Shown here piece by piece: positions 26,458-26,919 of a stretch of DNA of 26,919 bases. Source of the stretch: Planctomycetota bacterium. Lineage in GTDB: Bacteria; Planctomycetota; SZUA-567; H5-PLA8. The position numbers and the translations under genes were made by a program. The stretch covers positions 1 to 26,919 of the forward strand of contig JBBRPR010000089.1 in NCBI GenBank assembly GCA_038227875.1, in the 5' to 3' direction. The notes beneath the pieces are model-generated. The model worked only from the letters and a program-made list of their open reading frames with translations, made no database searches and was not told the origin of the DNA. The first letter of the stretch is position 1. Each line of letters starts with the position of its first letter.

Positions 26458-26919
26458 TCACAATCCCAGCAGCTCGTCCGAGTCCGGCTTCGTCTCTGGT
26501 CCTTGGGGGGTGGGGGTGCTAACGGCATTAGCCCCAATAAGCAACGGGTTGGTAGGGCGCTGTAGTATATTGGGGATGATGCCGTTAGCCTCCCCCCCAC
26601 TGCACCGAGCGGCCGATTCTGAAATCTGATTCCTGATCCCGGCGAGCAATTTAGAGGCGTACGATTTCTGGCCCCTGAGGCAGGTGGCGATCAACTGGCA
26701 TCTCTGCTCAAGCCTGTCCCTATCTTCATCCTTGGGGACCCAGAGCGTGTATCGCGCGGCATGTTCACGGGATTTCTCGACCAGTTCCACCAGTCCCGAC
26801 AGTTCCAGTCGCTTGAGCGCCTTGCGTCCGGTCATCTTGTTGGGAGCGACGAGTCCGACTGGGATCCTGACCGGGCCGGACTTATGGCCGGAGCATGGCA
26901 GACAGCCCCTGATCCTGAA
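26458..26919 (-). CDS. Partial winged-helix protein, possibly a phage/plasmid replication-initiator type (runs off the right edge)
   Basis: The frame is open from the window edge. TGRKALKRLELSGLVELVEKS...ARYTL is a typical wHTH recognition helix and wing, followed by a low-complexity linker. Confidence 0.5.
   Translation of the reverse strand, partial: FRIRGCLPCSGHKSGPVRIPVGLVAPNKMTGRKALKRLELSGLVELVEKSREHAARYTLWVPKDEDRDRLEQRCQLIATCLRGQKSYASKLLAGIRNQISESAARCSGGEANGIIPNILQRPTNPLLIGANAVSTPTPQGPETKPDSDELLGL
26518..26589. repeat. 22-bp inverted repeat (2 mismatches, 28-nt spacer)
   Basis: GCTAACGGCATTAGCCCCAATA (26518-26539) versus TATTGGGGATGATGCCGTTAGC (26568-26589), flanked by G-run and C-run extensions. 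Confidence 0.85.

Noticed and set aside
25878..26600. 240-aa ORF as a single real protein
   Set aside because: It is a composite: it contains the true ATPase start (RBS plus ATG 26177) and runs out of frame after the 5-bp duplication.

Overview
GC-rich bacterial window, probably from a planctomycete (inferred from the Zn-ribbon SpoVG proteins, a membrane-anchored ECF sigma factor and a PKD/Ig surface protein). It has four blocks. (1) 1-786: a truncated IS630 fused to a fragment that looks like group II intron domain I. (2) 784-10787: a probable carbohydrate/uronate-utilisation locus with a GntR-LacI regulator, a large secreted beta-helix/Ig/PKD protein, a YteT-like oxidoreductase, two alpha/alpha-type hypothetical proteins and a YesU/DUF1961-like lectin-fold protein. 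(3) 11.3-17.7 kb: a membrane-anchored ECF sigma followed by a small biosynthetic cluster. The cluster encodes a FeeM-type N-acyl amino acid synthase, a sigma4-only paralogue, a ThiF adenylyltransferase, an in-frame nitroreductase, a small inserted ORF and a truncated DevC/FtsX permease. It looks like a split version of the OxzAB oxazolone pathway and is the best candidate for a new system. (4) 18.1-26.9 kb: a decaying phage/ICE-like region rich in nucleic-acid-binding proteins (two SpoVG paralogues, an excisionase-like HTH, HU and a double AT-hook protein). It also holds a GHKL-ATPase/HExxH fusion and a second gene, each broken by a short tandem duplication. All family assignments come from motif recognition by eye; no database searches were run.
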